A stretch of 64,000 nucleotides of DNA from contig CAWCRS010000005.1 of the NCBI GenBank assembly GCA_963798085.1, positions 96,001-160,000 on the forward strand, given 5' to 3'. The translations under genes and the position numbers were made by a program. The stretch's first letter is position 1. The number at the start of each line of letters is the position of its first letter. The notes under the pieces were generated by a model. That model searched no databases. It was not told the origin of the DNA and saw only the letters and a list, made by a program, of their open reading frames with translations. Positions 21,056-32,746 of the stretch are shown piece after piece. This stretch comes from an uncultured Gemmatimonadales bacterium (lineage in GTDB: Bacteria > Gemmatimonadota > Gemmatimonadetes > Longimicrobiales > RSA9).

Positions 21056-22948
21056 TCATCCGGCCTTACGGGACGCCTTCTTGCGATCGTGCGCCTTGCG
21101 ATGACGTTTGCGCAGCCGAATCGCGGCCGGGGTCACTTCCACCAGCTCGTCATCCGCTATGAATTCGAGCGCGGATTCCAGCGTGATCTGACGCGGCGTC
21201 TCCAGCAGGATCGCATCATCGGCGCCCGCGGCGCGGATGTTCGTCAGCTTCTTTCCTTTCGCCACATTCACTTCCAGGTCACCCGGCCGCGAGTGTTCGC
21301 CCGTGATCATGCCTTCGTACACATCCACACCCGGCCCGATGAAGAGCACGCCCCGCTCCTGCAGGTTCCAAAGCGCGAACGCCACGGAAACGCCATCGAC
21401 CATCGACACCATGACGCCGCGGTCGCGGCCCTTGATCGGACCCGCCCACTCGCCGTAGCCCGCGAAGCGATGGTGCAGCACGCCTTCGCCGCGCGTGTCC
21501 GTCAGGAATTCGCTGCGGTAGCCGAACAGGCCGCGCGCCGGGACCTTGTAGACAATGCGGACCAGTCCGCCCGACGGCGCACCGTCGGCGCCGCGACCGG
21601 CGTTCCGCATCTCCAGCATCTGCCCGCGCCGAATGCCCAGCCGCTCGATCACCACGCCAACGAACGCTTCCGGCACATCGATCACGACTTCCTCGTACGG
21701 CTCGAGCAGCTCGCCTTCCGCCGTGTGCCGCGTGATGATGCGCGGCCGCGAAACCGCGAACTCGTAACCCTCGCGCCGCATCGTCTCCATCAGGATGCCG
21801 AGGTGCAGCTCACCGCGACCCGACACCGTGAACGTATCGGGTGAATCCGTGTCCTCCACACGCAACGCTACATTGCGCTCGACCTCGCGATACAGACGCT
21901 CGCGCAGTTGCCGGCTGGTCACATACTTGCCGGCGCGACCCGAGAGCGGTGAGGTGTTCACCACGAAGTCCACCGACATGGTGGGCTCTTCGACGGCGAT
22001 GCCCGCCAGCGGTTCGGGATGCTCCGGGTCCGCGATCGTCGCGCCGATCTCGATTCCTTCCAGCCCCGCCAGCGCCACGATTTCACCGGCGCTCGCTTCC
22101 TGTACTTCCTGCCGCTGCAACCCTTCGAACGTGTAGAGGCGCGCCACCTTGCCCGGGCGAGGACCCGTTTCGCTCTGCTGCGCCGCCACCGCGTCCTCCA
22201 GCGCCGCCTCTTCACGCTCGTGCGCCAGCAGCACGACGGAGTCACCCAAATGCACGCGGCCGCGCTCGATGCGGCCGATCGCCATGCGTCCGAGATACGG
22301 CGAGTGGTCGATCGTCGACACCAGCAGCTGCAGCGGCCCATCCACGTTGGCGGGAGGCGCCGGCACGTTGCGCAGAATCGAGTCGAACAGCGGCACGAGG
22401 TCCTGTCGCGCATCGCTCAGCTCGCGCACCGCCCAGCCTTCGCGCGCCGACGCATACAGGAACGGTGCGTCCAGCTGCGCTTCGCTCGCCTCCAGCTCCA
22501 TGAACAACTCGAGCACTTCGTCGTGCACGCGCAGTGGCTCCGCGTCCACGCGATCCACCTTGTTGATCACTACCACCGGCTGCAGCCCCAGACCGAGCGC
22601 CTTGCGCGTCACGAAACGCGTCTGCGGCATCGGCCCGTCGAACGCATCCACCAGGATCAGCACGCCGTTCACCATGCGCAGAATGCGCTCCACCTCGCCG
22701 CCGAAGTCCGCGTGTCCGGGCGTGTCCACAATGTTGATCTTGTGATCGCGCCAGCGCACCGACGTGTTCTTCGAGAGAATCGTGATGCCCCGCTCTCGTT
22801 CGAGCGGATTGCTGTCCATCACACGCTCCTCCACCACCTGATTGGCGCGGAAGGTCCCCGCCTGGCGGAGCATCTGATCGACCAGTGTCGTCTTGCCGTG
22901 ATCGACGTGTGCTATGATGGCGACGTTGCGAATCATGTACTCATCCAC
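21056..22948 (-). CDS. typA: Translational GTPase TypA/BipA
   Basis: [38 protein letters not shown] and C-terminal ELVEVTP. Confidence 0.97.
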   Translation of the reverse strand: MDEYMIRNVAIIAHVDHGKTTLVDQMLRQAGTFRANQVVEERVMDSNPLERERGITILSKNTSVRWRDHKINIVDTPGHADFGGEVERILRMVNGVLILVDAFDGPMPQTRFVTRKALGLGLQPVVVINKVDRVDAEPLRVHDEVLELFMELEASEAQLDAPFLYASAREGWAVRELSDARQDLVPLFDSILRNVPAPPANVDGPLQLLVSTIDHSPYLGRMAIGRIERGRVHLGDSVVLLAHEREEAALEDAVAAQQSETGPRPGKVARLYTFEGLQRQEVQEASAGEIVALAGLEGIEIGATIADPEHPEPLAGIAVEEPTMSVDFVVNTSPLSGRAGKYVTSRQLRERLYREVERNVALRVEDTDSPDTFTVSGRGELHLGILMETMRREGYEFAVSRPRIITRHTAEGELLEPYEEVVIDVPEAFVGVVIERLGIRRGQMLEMRNAGRGADGAPSGGLVRIVYKVPARGLFGYRSEFLTDTRGEGVLHHRFAGYGEWAGPIKGRDRGVMVSMVDGVSVAFALWNLQERGVLFIGPGVDVYEGMITGEHSRPGDLEVNVAKGKKLTNIRAAGADDAILLETPRQITLESALEFIADDELVEVTPAAIRLRKRHRKAHDRKKASRKAG

Positions 22949-23244
22949 GTTGCGGAAGCCGCGAGCCGGCCGCGGCCAAGCCGTAAAAGCTAACCACGCG
23001 ACGAAAGCGTCTCAAGCGTCCCCTATACCCGCTTCAGCACGCAGCGCTACCAGTGTCGGCGCCGGGACGCCCGCCCTGCGCGTCGCGCCACCCGTTTTTC
23101 CTGTGGCCCGCTGCCCCCCGCGCACTGCCGCGCCAGCCGCATCATCCCGATGCCCGCCGCCGAATTTTCAGCGCGCCTCCGCCCGGCTGCGCCGCAGTGC
23201 GGCCAGCCGCGCTGGCTGGCGTGGGGGGCTGCACCACGTGCGAC

Positions 23245-23282
23245 TTGACGCCCGGGCCCATCGATCTCTATATAGATAGAGA
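23245..23282 (+). promoter_or_regulatory. Promoter with an overlapping 7-4-7 inverted repeat (candidate PadR operator)
   Basis: TTGACG at 23245 and TATATA at 23269; TCTCTAT-ATAG-ATAGAGA at 23265-23282 covers the -10 element. Confidence 0.55.
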
Positions 23283-23329
23283 ACGGCGTAGGCGACGACA
23301 CGACCGCATACCCTGCAACCGCTCCGCTC

Positions 23330-24535
23330 ATGCTCCTGCGCTACCGCTGCCTCACACCGCTGCTGCTGGCCGGTTGTCATGCCGCCGCTCCCGCCCACCG
23401 CGCCATTACCGCCCGCGACAGTGCGGGGATTACGCTCATCGAGTCCACGGCACCTGCCTGGTCTGCGGGCGGGGCATGGCGGCTGGACACGCTGCCCGTG
23501 CTGCGCATCGGCCAGCAGGAAGGGGACGCGCATTTCCTGTTCGCGGGCATTGCCGGCGCGCTGCGGCTGAGCGACGGACGCATCGTGGTGGCGGACCGGA
23601 GCAGCAGCCAGCTGCGCTTCTACCAGCCCGATGGCGCATTTCAGCGCGCCGTCGGGCGCAGTGGCGAGGGTCCCGGCGAGTACCATTATCTGCGCGCCCT
23701 CGCCCGCTGCGGCAGCGACTCGCTGTTTGCGTTCAACATCGATTACAGCGCCAACGTCGTGGATACTGCCGGCGCGCTGCTGGGTGTCTGGAAGCCGCTC
23801 ATGCACGGTACGCAGCTCAGCGATCAGGCATACAACCTGAGCTGCTCGCGGCACGGCGTCTTCGTCGCGGTCGGGTGGGAGCATCCCGGTACCGGTCCGC
23901 GCATCGGCTTCTACCGCGCGCTCTCGCCCATGTGGCTGTGGCGCGAGGCAGCGGGCGACGCACGCCATGTGCGCCAGCCCGTCGAGCTGGGCGAGTTTCC
24001 TTCCAGCGAGCGCATTGGCACCGAGCACGGCAGTCGTCCCCACCCGTTCGGCCGCTCGACCCTGCTCGCGATTGCCGGGCACACGGTGATCGTTGGCGAT
24101 GAGGAAACGCTCGGTTATCGCGAGTACGGACTCGACGGCCTGCTGCAGCGTATCGTGCGCGGCCCGTGGCAGGATCTGACGATCAGGCCGGAGCATGTGG
24201 CCGCCTATCGTGAGCAGCGGCTGGCGCTCGCGGAGCCCGAGTCGCGACCCGCCATCGAGCGCGAACTGCGTGACATGCCCCTGCCACCTTCGTTCCCCGC
24301 GTACACGGCCCTGCAGACGGACACAGCGGGCGACGTCTGGCTGCGGCGTTACCTGCCGCCGGGCGTGGGGGGACAGCGCTGGGTCGTCTTTGCGGCGGAC
24401 GGCACCTGCCTGGGCGAAGTGCCCATGCCACCGGCGCTCACGGTGCTGGAGATCGGAACTGACTATGTGTTAGGGGTGCTGCAGGACGAGCTGGGCGTGG
24501 AACGGGTAGCGCTGTACCGGCTTCTGAAACCGTAG
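23330..24535 (+). CDS. Putative lipoprotein with beta-propeller-like (NHL/6-bladed) repeats
   Basis: Lipobox LLAGC; GRIVVAD, VGRSGEGPGEY and C-terminal DELGVERVALYRL. Confidence 0.75.
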   Translation: MLLRYRCLTPLLLAGCHAAAPAHRAITARDSAGITLIESTAPAWSAGGAWRLDTLPVLRIGQQEGDAHFLFAGIAGALRLSDGRIVVADRSSSQLRFYQPDGAFQRAVGRSGEGPGEYHYLRALARCGSDSLFAFNIDYSANVVDTAGALLGVWKPLMHGTQLSDQAYNLSCSRHGVFVAVGWEHPGTGPRIGFYRALSPMWLWREAAGDARHVRQPVELGEFPSSERIGTEHGSRPHPFGRSTLLAIAGHTVIVGDEETLGYREYGLDGLLQRIVRGPWQDLTIRPEHVAAYREQRLALAEPESRPAIERELRDMPLPPSFPAYTALQTDTAGDVWLRRYLPPGVGGQRWVVFAADGTCLGEVPMPPALTVLEIGTDYVLGVLQDELGVERVALYRLLKP

Positions 24536-24586
24536 CAGGGGCCGGGTAGCGGATGGAACAGCGGGTGTCCTGAACGGGGTCATGCC

Positions 24587-24901
24587 ATGCGAATGACGTA
24601 TCCCACGGCTGTGGTGCTGGCGGCGCTGGCGCACGGCTTCGCGTACGGGTTCGAGATCATCGACGCGACAGGCCTGCGCGCCGGCACGGTCTATCCGATA
24701 CTGCGGCGGCTGGAGCAGGATCGTCTGCTGCGCTCCAGCTGGGAGCGCATCTCGGTGGCGCGCGCCGATGGCCGGCCGCCTCGCCGCAACTATCGCCTGA
24801 CGAGTGCGGGTCAGGACGCCGTGCGTGACGCGCAGGCGCGCTATCCCGCGATCGACCGACTGTTCGGGCTCGCGCCGGGAAGCGGTACGGCGACAGCATG
24901 A
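24587..24901 (+). CDS. PadR-family transcriptional regulator
   Basis: [17 protein letters not shown] and RRNYRLT. Confidence 0.92.
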   Translation: MRMTYPTAVVLAALAHGFAYGFEIIDATGLRAGTVYPILRRLEQDRLLRSSWERISVARADGRPPRRNYRLTSAGQDAVRDAQARYPAIDRLFGLAPGSGTATA

Positions 24902-27522
24902 GTCCCTCTCGGGGAGGCGATATGCAACCGTCGTCGAATCCGCCGGGCCGTGCGCTCCTCTTGCTGTTTGCGCGCCTGGTGCCGGGTCCTCGGCGCGACG
25001 AATGGCTCGCCGAATGGCGTGGCGAACTGCTGTATGCGCAGGCCGCCGCGCGTTCCGTGGGCGAGCCCGGCCTGCGTACGCGGGTGCGCCTCTATGCGCG
25101 TGCCTTCGGCTCGCTGGGTGATGCCCGCTATCTGCGCCGGGCAGCCGGGGGCGGTGGCGGGCGCAGCTTCCTGCGCGACGGGATGCGCGGCCTGGCGCGG
25201 CGCCCCGGCTTCGCCCTGGCCGTCGTGGGAACGCTGGCGCTGGGTATGGGCGCGGCCACGGCCATCTTCAGTGTCGTGGATGGCCTGCTGCTGCGTCCCC
25301 TGCCCTTCCGCGACCCATCCCGCCTGGTCGAAGTGTACGCGCCCGACATGGGGCGTACGGTCGACAGCGATGCCTGGCGCGAATGGCGCGCGCAGGACCG
25401 CGTGTTCGCGGCGCTTCGCGCGCATGCCAAACGCAGCATGGTGCTGACCGGTGAGAGCGAGGCGCGCACCATCGGGGTCGAGTTGCTGGAGCCGGGCTTC
25501 CTGGACATGCTGGGCATACGGCCTGTGCTGGGCCGCGAATTCCGGCCCGGCGAGACCGCGCCCGGCCGTGATAACGTTGTGTTATTGGGCGACGAATTGT
25601 GGCGCAGTGCGTTCGGCGCCAGCCGCGACATCCTGGGTCGCAGCATCCGTCTGGACGATCAGCCGTACACCGTAATCGGGGTGCTGCCGCCCGCACTGCG
25701 GCTGCTGCCCGGGGGTCTGGTTCACGCCGTGGCGCCCCTGCCGGATCCCCTCCCGTCGGCGCTGAACCGGCTCATGGTCCTGGGTCGTCTGCGCGACGAT
25801 GTGCCGCTTGCCGCAGCGCAGGCTCGCCTCGATGCAGTGACTGCCGTTCTCACGCACGATCAGCCGCGCAGCGCGGGCTGGAAAGTTCAGCTGGAACCAC
25901 TGCGCAGGATGCTTACGGGCAGCACACGGCCGGTGCTGCTGGCGCTGCTGATCGCTGTCACGTTCCTCCTGCTCATCGCGTGCGCGAATGCGGCGGGCCT
26001 GCTCTTCGTGCGCGGTCTGGCGCGCGAGTCGGAGCTGGCAATCCGTCGCGCGCTGGGTGCGCCTCGCCTGGCACTGTTCCGCGATGTGCTGGCGGAGAGC
26101 ATGCTGCTCGCGCTGCTGGCCGGAGGTGCTGCCATTCTCATCGGCTGGTGGGGGGTACGCGGACTGCTGGCGCTGGCGCCGCCCGATGTCCTGCGGTTCA
26201 GCTACACGACCGTGGTGGTGGACGCGCGCATTTACGGCTTTGCCCTGCTGCTGACGGTCCTGACCGGTCTGTTCTTCGGGGTTGTACCGGCATTGCGCGC
26301 GACACGCGTCGCGGGCAGCCGCGTGACCAGCGTACGCGCCGTCACGGCTTCCTCATCCCAGCTGCGAATGCGTCGTACCGTACAGATCGTGCAGCTGGGC
26401 CTGGCGGTGACACTGCTGGCCGGCGCCGGCCTTGCGGCGCGCAGCTTCCTGCGCCTGCTGTCTCTGCCGCCCGGTTTCGACGCGCGCAACCTGCTGGAGC
26501 TGCAGCTCTCGAGTCGGCGTCGCGCCGATCCGGCCGCGCGCGTGGCCTTCAACAGCGATCTGGATGCGCGGCTGCGAGCTCTGCCCGGCGTGCTGGGCGT
26601 CGCGTGGTCGTACGGAGCCAACCTCTATTTCGAAGACAACCTGCGCACCGAAACGGGTGAAGCGCGTGCGACCAACGGCATGGTGATCACCGGCGCCGAT
26701 GTCGACACGAGCTATTTCCGCGTGCGCCGCATTGCGGTTCTGGAAGGCCGCGCCTTCAACGCCGGCGACCTGGGCGAAGGCGTTCATTTCACGATCATCA
26801 ATCGCGCGCTCGCCCGGCTGTTGTGGCCGGATCACAGCGCGGTGGGTCATGCCTTCCGCATTCACCCGGACGAGCCTCTGCAGACCGTGGTCGGCGTAGT
26901 GGATCACGTCAGGCTCGTCGGTTATGACGACCGCCGTTACCCCTTCATGGCGTTGACGCCGCGAGCGCTCGCCGGCTTCGGCTACGCAACGGTTTCGATC
27001 CGTACCTCCGGCGCACCGGCCCTGCTCGCGCCGGCGGTGCGCCAGCTCGTGCACGAACTCGATCCCGGACAGCCCATCATCAGTGTACAGACCGCGCAAC
27101 AGGCACTCGCGGATTCCGTGGCCCAGCAGCGCTTCCTGCTCGTGCTCATGAGTGTGTTCGGCCTGTCCGCACTGCTGGTCGCGGCGGTGGGCGTATATGG
27201 CCTGGTGTCGTTCTCCGTCGGCCAGCGCGCGCACGAGATCGGCATCCGCATGGCCGTCGGCGCGCGCTCCGGCGAAGTGCTGCGCGGCGTGTTCGGCGGC
27301 GGCATGCTGCTGGGCGTGATCGGCGTAACGCTGGGCCTGCTCACCGCCGCCGCGCTGTCGCGTTTTACGGCCAGTCTGCTGTTCGAAGTCTCCCCGCTCG
27401 ACCCGCTGACCTACGCGCTCGTCGCCGTCTTCCTGCTCGTCGCCTGCGCGCTGGCCCTGCTCGCGCCCGCACGAAAAGCCGCGCGCACGGATCCGCTTTC
27501 CATTCTTCGAACAGACTGCTAG
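24898..27522 (+). CDS. ADOP-type duplicated MacB/FtsX ABC permease
   Basis: Two MacB-periplasmic + FtsX halves ([31 protein letters not shown]). ATGA overlap with padR. Confidence 0.9.
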   Translation: MSPSRGGDMQPSSNPPGRALLLLFARLVPGPRRDEWLAEWRGELLYAQAAARSVGEPGLRTRVRLYARAFGSLGDARYLRRAAGGGGGRSFLRDGMRGLARRPGFALAVVGTLALGMGAATAIFSVVDGLLLRPLPFRDPSRLVEVYAPDMGRTVDSDAWREWRAQDRVFAALRAHAKRSMVLTGESEARTIGVELLEPGFLDMLGIRPVLGREFRPGETAPGRDNVVLLGDELWRSAFGASRDILGRSIRLDDQPYTVIGVLPPALRLLPGGLVHAVAPLPDPLPSALNRLMVLGRLRDDVPLAAAQARLDAVTAVLTHDQPRSAGWKVQLEPLRRMLTGSTRPVLLALLIAVTFLLLIACANAAGLLFVRGLARESELAIRRALGAPRLALFRDVLAESMLLALLAGGAAILIGWWGVRGLLALAPPDVLRFSYTTVVVDARIYGFALLLTVLTGLFFGVVPALRATRVAGSRVTSVRAVTASSSQLRMRRTVQIVQLGLAVTLLAGAGLAARSFLRLLSLPPGFDARNLLELQLSSRRRADPAARVAFNSDLDARLRALPGVLGVAWSYGANLYFEDNLRTETGEARATNGMVITGADVDTSYFRVRRIAVLEGRAFNAGDLGEGVHFTIINRALARLLWPDHSAVGHAFRIHPDEPLQTVVGVVDHVRLVGYDDRRYPFMALTPRALAGFGYATVSIRTSGAPALLAPAVRQLVHELDPGQPIISVQTAQQALADSVAQQRFLLVLMSVFGLSALLVAAVGVYGLVSFSVGQRAHEIGIRMAVGARSGEVLRGVFGGGMLLGVIGVTLGLLTAAALSRFTASLLFEVSPLDPLTYALVAVFLLVACALALLAPARKAARTDPLSILRTDC

Positions 27523-27636
27523 GGGGAGGGTGAGGGGAAAGGCCGGGTTCAGGGGTCGGACGCGGGCGAGGGCACCCGTTGAGGGGTGGGGGAGGGGGAC
27601 CAGTCCCACTCCCCTTCTCCATTCCCGTACACGCTT

Positions 27637-27757
27637 CCCCTCCTCCGCCCCCGATCCGTCTCCCTGCCCCTGCCCCTCTCCCCCATCCTGACAGGCTGTT
27701 AGACGGGGAATGGGAACGTGGAAGGGCAGGGAGAGGGGTCCGAGGCGGAGGAGGGGG
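27637..27757. repeat. Imperfect inverted repeat (about 35-bp arms) in a G/C-run-rich intergenic region
   Basis: CCCCTCCTCCGCC...TCTCCCTGCCC pairs with GGGCAGGGAGA...GGCGGAGGAGGGG. Confidence 0.6.
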
Positions 27758-27803
27758 AGAGTTCAGGGAAATGGGCAAGGGCAACCGATTGGCATGACCT
27801 CGG

Positions 27804-28763
27804 TCATTCCCGAGCGGCAATGTTGTATACGCTGCGGTGATCGAGCTGCACGGTGACGTGCGAGATGCCGAAATCCTCGTGCATGCGCCGATGGATGTCG
27901 GTGAGGATGCGCTTGTAGTCGTTGAGGTCGGTGATCTGGGCGTGGCCGCTCATGGCGATGACGCCGCTGGTGAGCGTCCAGACGTGCAGGTCGTCGACGC
28001 CTTCCACGCCCTGCACGCCGGCGATGGCGACGCGCACGGCGGCGAGATCGATGTCCGGTGGTGTGCCTTCCAGCAGGATGTCCACGGACTCGCGCACCAG
28101 GCGCCAGCCGCCCAGCAGGATGAGCCCGCCCACGAGGCAGGAGATGAGCGGGTCCGCGGTCAGCCAGCCCGTGCTCATGATGACGACGGCCGCGACGATG
28201 GCGCCGATGGAGCCGAGCATGTCGCCCAGCACGTGCAGATAGGCGCCGCGCATGTTGAGACTGTGGCCGGAGGAGCGGTGCAGGATCAGGGCAGCGACGA
28301 TGTTCACCAGCAGACCGGCGACGGCTACGCCCAGCATGATGCCGCCCTCGACGCCGGGCGGCGCGCGGAAGCGCACCCAAGCCTGCCAGAAGATGGCGAT
28401 GGAGATCACGGCGAGGGTGAGGCCGTTGGCGAGTGCGGCAAGGATCTCGAGGCGCAGCCAGCCATAGCTCTTGCCGCGGCTCGGCGGGCGCTCGGCCATC
28501 GAGATGGCGAACAATGAAAGACCCAGCGCCGCGACGTCGCTCAGCATGTGGCCGGCGTCCGCCATAAGCGCGAGCGAATTCGCCATCCAGCCGCCCGCGA
28601 ACTCCACCACCATGAACGTGGCGGTGAGCAGCAGGACAATGGTGAGTCGCCTGCGTCCTGCACCACTGCCGTTGCGCCTGCCGAATACACCAGGCGTGGA
28701 CGTGCTCGCCTGACCGTTCCGGCCGTGCGAATGCCCGTGATCGTGTAGATGATGCGCCGCCAT
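27804..28763 (-). CDS. Cation diffusion facilitator (CzcD/ZitB-like Zn/Co/Cd exporter)
   Basis: His-rich N-terminus, SLALMADAGHMLSD, SLNMRGAYLHVLGD and DLHVW. Confidence 0.92.
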   Translation of the reverse strand: MAAHHLHDHGHSHGRNGQASTSTPGVFGRRNGSGAGRRRLTIVLLLTATFMVVEFAGGWMANSLALMADAGHMLSDVAALGLSLFAISMAERPPSRGKSYGWLRLEILAALANGLTLAVISIAIFWQAWVRFRAPPGVEGGIMLGVAVAGLLVNIVAALILHRSSGHSLNMRGAYLHVLGDMLGSIGAIVAAVVIMSTGWLTADPLISCLVGGLILLGGWRLVRESVDILLEGTPPDIDLAAVRVAIAGVQGVEGVDDLHVWTLTSGVIAMSGHAQITDLNDYKRILTDIHRRMHEDFGISHVTVQLDHRSVYNIAARE

Positions 28764-29100
28764 CGCTGCAAGTCTAGGCGACGCGTGCTGCGACGTCCAC
28801 GCCGCGGGCGAAGGGGCGGGACCGCTCGCGCTCGCCGTGAGCGCGGGCTTCGGTTGCTCCCCGGGCGCAGTGCCGCTAAGTTGCAATATGCCGAGCCCGG
28901 CGACGTAATCCAATTCGTTGGGGTGTAATGAAATACGCGTCTGCAACCGGGCTCTTCGCGTACCCCGGATTGCGCCACAAAGCGCCCTGTCCTGCCGGGC
29001 GCCCCGGGCGACACGCGGCGAGCCGGTTTGTCCTTTTGCCGCTGCCGTATCCGCTTCGCCATGCCGCGCGCCGTGCGCGCTGCGGCTGAGCCCGCCGTCC

Positions 29101-32100
29101 ATGTCTTTCGTTCACCTGCACACGCACAGCGAGTTCTCGCTGCTGGACGGCGCCAATCGTCTGGATGATCTCATTCGGCGGGCGCTGGAGCTGGAGATGC
29201 CCGCGCTGGCGCTCACGGATCACGGCTCGATGTACGGCGCGTGGTCGTTCCAATCGAGCGCCCGGCGACACGGGCTCAAGCCGATCCTGGGCATGGAGGC
29301 ATACGTCGCGCCCGGTGACCGGCGCGATCGCTCGCCGCGCTCGGCCAGCAATGCGTCCCGTGCACCGCAGGGCAGCTACCTCGGCGATGAGAGGTACTAC
29401 CATCTCGTGCTGCTGGCGCGGGACGAGGAAGGCTATCGCAATCTCGTCCGGCTCACATCGATCGGGTTCCTGGAAGGCTTCTATCACCGCCCGCGCATCG
29501 ATCGCGAAGTGCTGGCGCAGTACGCGGGCGGACTGATCGTTTCCTCGGCGTGCATGGCGGGTGAGGTCGCGCGCCATCTCATGAACGGCCGTCACGATGC
29601 CGCGCGCGAAGCCGCGTCCTGGTACGCCAACACCTTTCCCGACCGCTACTACCTCGAGGTGCAGGCGCACGACTCGACGGGCCAGCACGCGCTGAACGAG
29701 CAGGTATTCTCGCTCGCGCAGGAACTCGGAGTACCCGTCGTCGCCACCAATGATGCGCACTTCCTGCGCGCGGCCGATCATGATGCGCACGATGTGCTGC
29801 TGTGCATCGGCCTGGGCAAGGATCGCAGCGACGCGGACCGCATGCGCTACGACCGCGGTCTCTACTTCAAGACGCCGGCGGAGATCGCCGAGCGCTTTCC
29901 CGACCATCCGGAGGTGCTGCAGAACACGCTGGCGATTGCGGAGACCGTGGATGTGCCGTTCCGCAAGCAGTACCACCTGCCCAGCTTCCCGCTGCCTGCG
30001 GGCGCCACCGATGCGGATTCCTTTCTGCGCACGCTCACCGAGCGGGGCGCGCACCAGCGCCTGGGCGCCAAACTGTCGCAGGAGTTCCGCGAGCGGCTGG
30101 ACTACGAGCTGGACGTCATCATCAGCACGGGCTACGCGGGCTATTTCCTGATCGTCCAGGACTTCATCAACTGGGCCAAGGACCGCGGCATCCCGGTGGG
30201 GCCGGGGCGTGGATCTTCGGCCGGTTCACTGGTGGCGTACTGCCTGCGCATCACCGACGTCGAGCCGCTGCGCTTCGACCTGCTGTTCGAGCGCTTCCTC
30301 AATCCCGACCGCATTTCCATGCCGGACATCGACGTGGACTTCTGCTACGAGCGGCGGGGCGAGGTGATCGAGTACGTGCGCGAGAAGTACGGTCGCGATT
30401 CGGTGGGCCAGATCATCACGTTCGGCACCATGAAGTCGCGTGCCGTGATCCGCGACGTGGGCCGCGTGCTCGGCTTCGAGCCGGCCGAGACCGACCGCCT
30501 GGCCAAGCTGATCCCGAACGCGCCTAACAATTCATTGACGGTGGCCGAAGCGGCCGAGAAGGTGAGCGAGCTGCGCGCGCTGTACGAGTCGGACCCCAAG
30601 GTGCACCAGCTCATCGACTATGCGCGCGTGCTCGAGGGTCTCTCGCGTCATGCCAGCGTGCACGCGGCCGGCATCGTGATCGCGCCCGGACCGGTGCAGG
30701 ATTACGTGCCGGTGTGCACGCAGCCCACGCGCGGGGCCGCGGCGGCGGCCGAATCCGAGGAGAGCGTGCTGGTCACGCAGTGGGACATGACGGCGCTCGA
30801 GCAGGCCGGCATGCTCAAGATGGACTTCCTCGGCCTGAAGACACTGACCGTCGTGCACGATGCAGTGGCGTGGGTGCGGCAGCGGCACGGTTCGCTGCGC
30901 CATCCGCTTACCGGCATCGAGTACGCGTCCATGGACGATGTGCCACTCGACGACCCGGGCATCTACGAGATGCTCTCGCGCGGCGGCACCATGGGCGTGT
31001 TCCAGTTCGAATCGTCGCTGGCTACCGACAAGCTGCGCGCCATGCGCTGCGACCGCTTCGAGGATCTGATCGCCACTAACGCGCTCATACGGCCGGGCAC
31101 GCTCGACAGCGGCATGACCGACGTCTACATCCGCCGCAAGCTGGGCAAGGAGCCGGTGCGCTACCCGCACCCGGTGCTGGCGGAGGTGCTCGCGTCGACG
31201 TACGGCGTCATCACCTACCAGGAGCAGGTGATGCGCACGGCGCAGGTGCTGGCCGGCTTCAGTCTGGCCGAAGCCGATGTGCTGCGTTACGCAGTGGGCA
31301 AGAAGGATGCGGAGAAGATCCAGCAGGAGCTGGCGAAGCTGAAGGAGCGGGCAGTGGCGCGCGGCATCGAGCAGCGCGTCGCCGATGAGATCGCGGACCT
31401 GCTGGTGACCTTCGGTCGCTACGGCTTCCCGCGCGCACACAGCGTCGCCTACGCGCTCGTGAGTTACCAGACGGCCTGGCTGAAGCGCTACTATCCGGCC
31501 GAGTACATGGCCGCGCTGCTCTCCTCCGTGGTGGACAAAACCGACGATGTGGTCCAGTATATCTCGGAGTGCCGTGAGCTGGGCCGTTCGGTTCCGGAAC
31601 GGCCATCCGGGATCCAGGTGCTGCCCCCGGACGTCAACGAGTCGTCTTTCAAGTTCACGCCGGTTTCCGACGACGAGATCCGCTTCGGCCTGGGCGCGTT
31701 GCGCGGCCTGGGCGCGGCGGCCGTCGGCTCGATCCTCGAAACGCGCAAGGCCGGCGGACCGTTCCGCTCTCTCTTCGATCTCGCGGAGCGTGTGGACCTG
31801 CGCCTTGCCGGCAAGCGTTCGCTGGAAGCGCTGATCCTGGCCGGTGCCTGCGACAAGTTCGGTCATCGCGCGCAGCTCATGGCGGGCCTGGAGACAGTGG
31901 TGCGCGAAGCCCAGCTGCGGCACGAGGAGCGCATCAGCGGCCAGGGCTCGTTGTTCGACATGGGCGACGCTTCGGGTCTGCCCGCGCGGCCGGAACCGCT
32001 GCTGCCGGATGTGGCGCGCTGGACGGAGTCCGAGCGCCTGACGCGCGAGAAGGAAGTGGTGGGCTTCTTCATCACGGGTCACCCGCTCGCACGTTTCCGT

Positions 32101-32736
32101 GATGAGCTGCGCGTGTTCGGTCGCGTGACCGCGGCGACACTGAAGCAGTTCCGCGATCAGAAGGTGGAGCTGCCCTGCGTGGTCACGGGCGTGAGCCGGC
32201 AGATCAGCAAGCGGAACGGCGCGGAGTGGGGGCGCATCACGGTGGAGGACTTCACGGGCACGGCGCTGGTGCTGGCCTTCGCCGATCCCTGGGAAGCATA
32301 CCATGACGTGCTGGTGCAGGATGCGGCGGTGCTGATCCGCGGCACGGTGTCCGGCCGCGACCGCGACGAGGAGGCACCGCCCATCTTCCTCGATGGCGCC
32401 GTGACACTGGCCTCGTTGCGCACTAACGGTTCGTTTGGGCTCGAGGTCACACTGGCGCCCGAGCTGGACGAGACCGTGCTGCGCGCGGCGTTGCCCCTGT
32501 TCCAGGAGCATCCCGGCCCCTCGCCGCTGTTCGTGCGCTGGTCGCCTGCGGTCGCTGGCGGCAACGGGGAGAACGGCGCGACGCACGAGGAGGGCGGCAA
32601 CGGCGCCACCGACAGCGAGGCAGCGCGCAGTGCGCGGCTGCGGTCGCGCAGCATCAGCGTGCTGCCCACGGATTCGCTGCTGGCGAGGCTGCGCGACCTG
32701 TTCGGTGCGGAGCGCATTCGACTGATCCGAACCTGA
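29101..32736 (+). CDS. dnaE: DNA polymerase III alpha subunit
   Basis: FVHLHTHSEFSLLDG PHP domain, GPGRGS, MPDIDVD catalytic motif and C-terminal OB fold. Confidence 0.97.
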   Translation: MSFVHLHTHSEFSLLDGANRLDDLIRRALELEMPALALTDHGSMYGAWSFQSSARRHGLKPILGMEAYVAPGDRRDRSPRSASNASRAPQGSYLGDERYYHLVLLARDEEGYRNLVRLTSIGFLEGFYHRPRIDREVLAQYAGGLIVSSACMAGEVARHLMNGRHDAAREAASWYANTFPDRYYLEVQAHDSTGQHALNEQVFSLAQELGVPVVATNDAHFLRAADHDAHDVLLCIGLGKDRSDADRMRYDRGLYFKTPAEIAERFPDHPEVLQNTLAIAETVDVPFRKQYHLPSFPLPAGATDADSFLRTLTERGAHQRLGAKLSQEFRERLDYELDVIISTGYAGYFLIVQDFINWAKDRGIPVGPGRGSSAGSLVAYCLRITDVEPLRFDLLFERFLNPDRISMPDIDVDFCYERRGEVIEYVREKYGRDSVGQIITFGTMKSRAVIRDVGRVLGFEPAETDRLAKLIPNAPNNSLTVAEAAEKVSELRALYESDPKVHQLIDYARVLEGLSRHASVHAAGIVIAPGPVQDYVPVCTQPTRGAAAAAESEESVLVTQWDMTALEQAGMLKMDFLGLKTLTVVHDAVAWVRQRHGSLRHPLTGIEYASMDDVPLDDPGIYEMLSRGGTMGVFQFESSLATDKLRAMRCDRFEDLIATNALIRPGTLDSGMTDVYIRRKLGKEPVRYPHPVLAEVLASTYGVITYQEQVMRTAQVLAGFSLAEADVLRYAVGKKDAEKIQQELAKLKERAVARGIEQRVADEIADLLVTFGRYGFPRAHSVAYALVSYQTAWLKRYYPAEYMAALLSSVVDKTDDVVQYISECRELGRSVPERPSGIQVLPPDVNESSFKFTPVSDDEIRFGLGALRGLGAAAVGSILETRKAGGPFRSLFDLAERVDLRLAGKRSLEALILAGACDKFGHRAQLMAGLETVVREAQLRHEERISGQGSLFDMGDASGLPARPEPLLPDVARWTESERLTREKEVVGFFITGHPLARFRDELRVFGRVTAATLKQFRDQKVELPCVVTGVSRQISKRNGAEWGRITVEDFTGTALVLAFADPWEAYHDVLVQDAAVLIRGTVSGRDRDEEAPPIFLDGAVTLASLRTNGSFGLEVTLAPELDETVLRAALPLFQEHPGPSPLFVRWSPAVAGGNGENGATHEEGGNGATDSEAARSARLRSRSISVLPTDSLLARLRDLFGAERIRLIRT

Positions 32737-32746
32737 GAGAGAACGC

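Noticed and set aside
29101..32736. Intein in dnaE or assignment as error-prone DnaE2
   Set aside because: The length is normal with no splice motifs, the PHP domain is intact, it lies next to accA, and no imuA/imuB genes are present.
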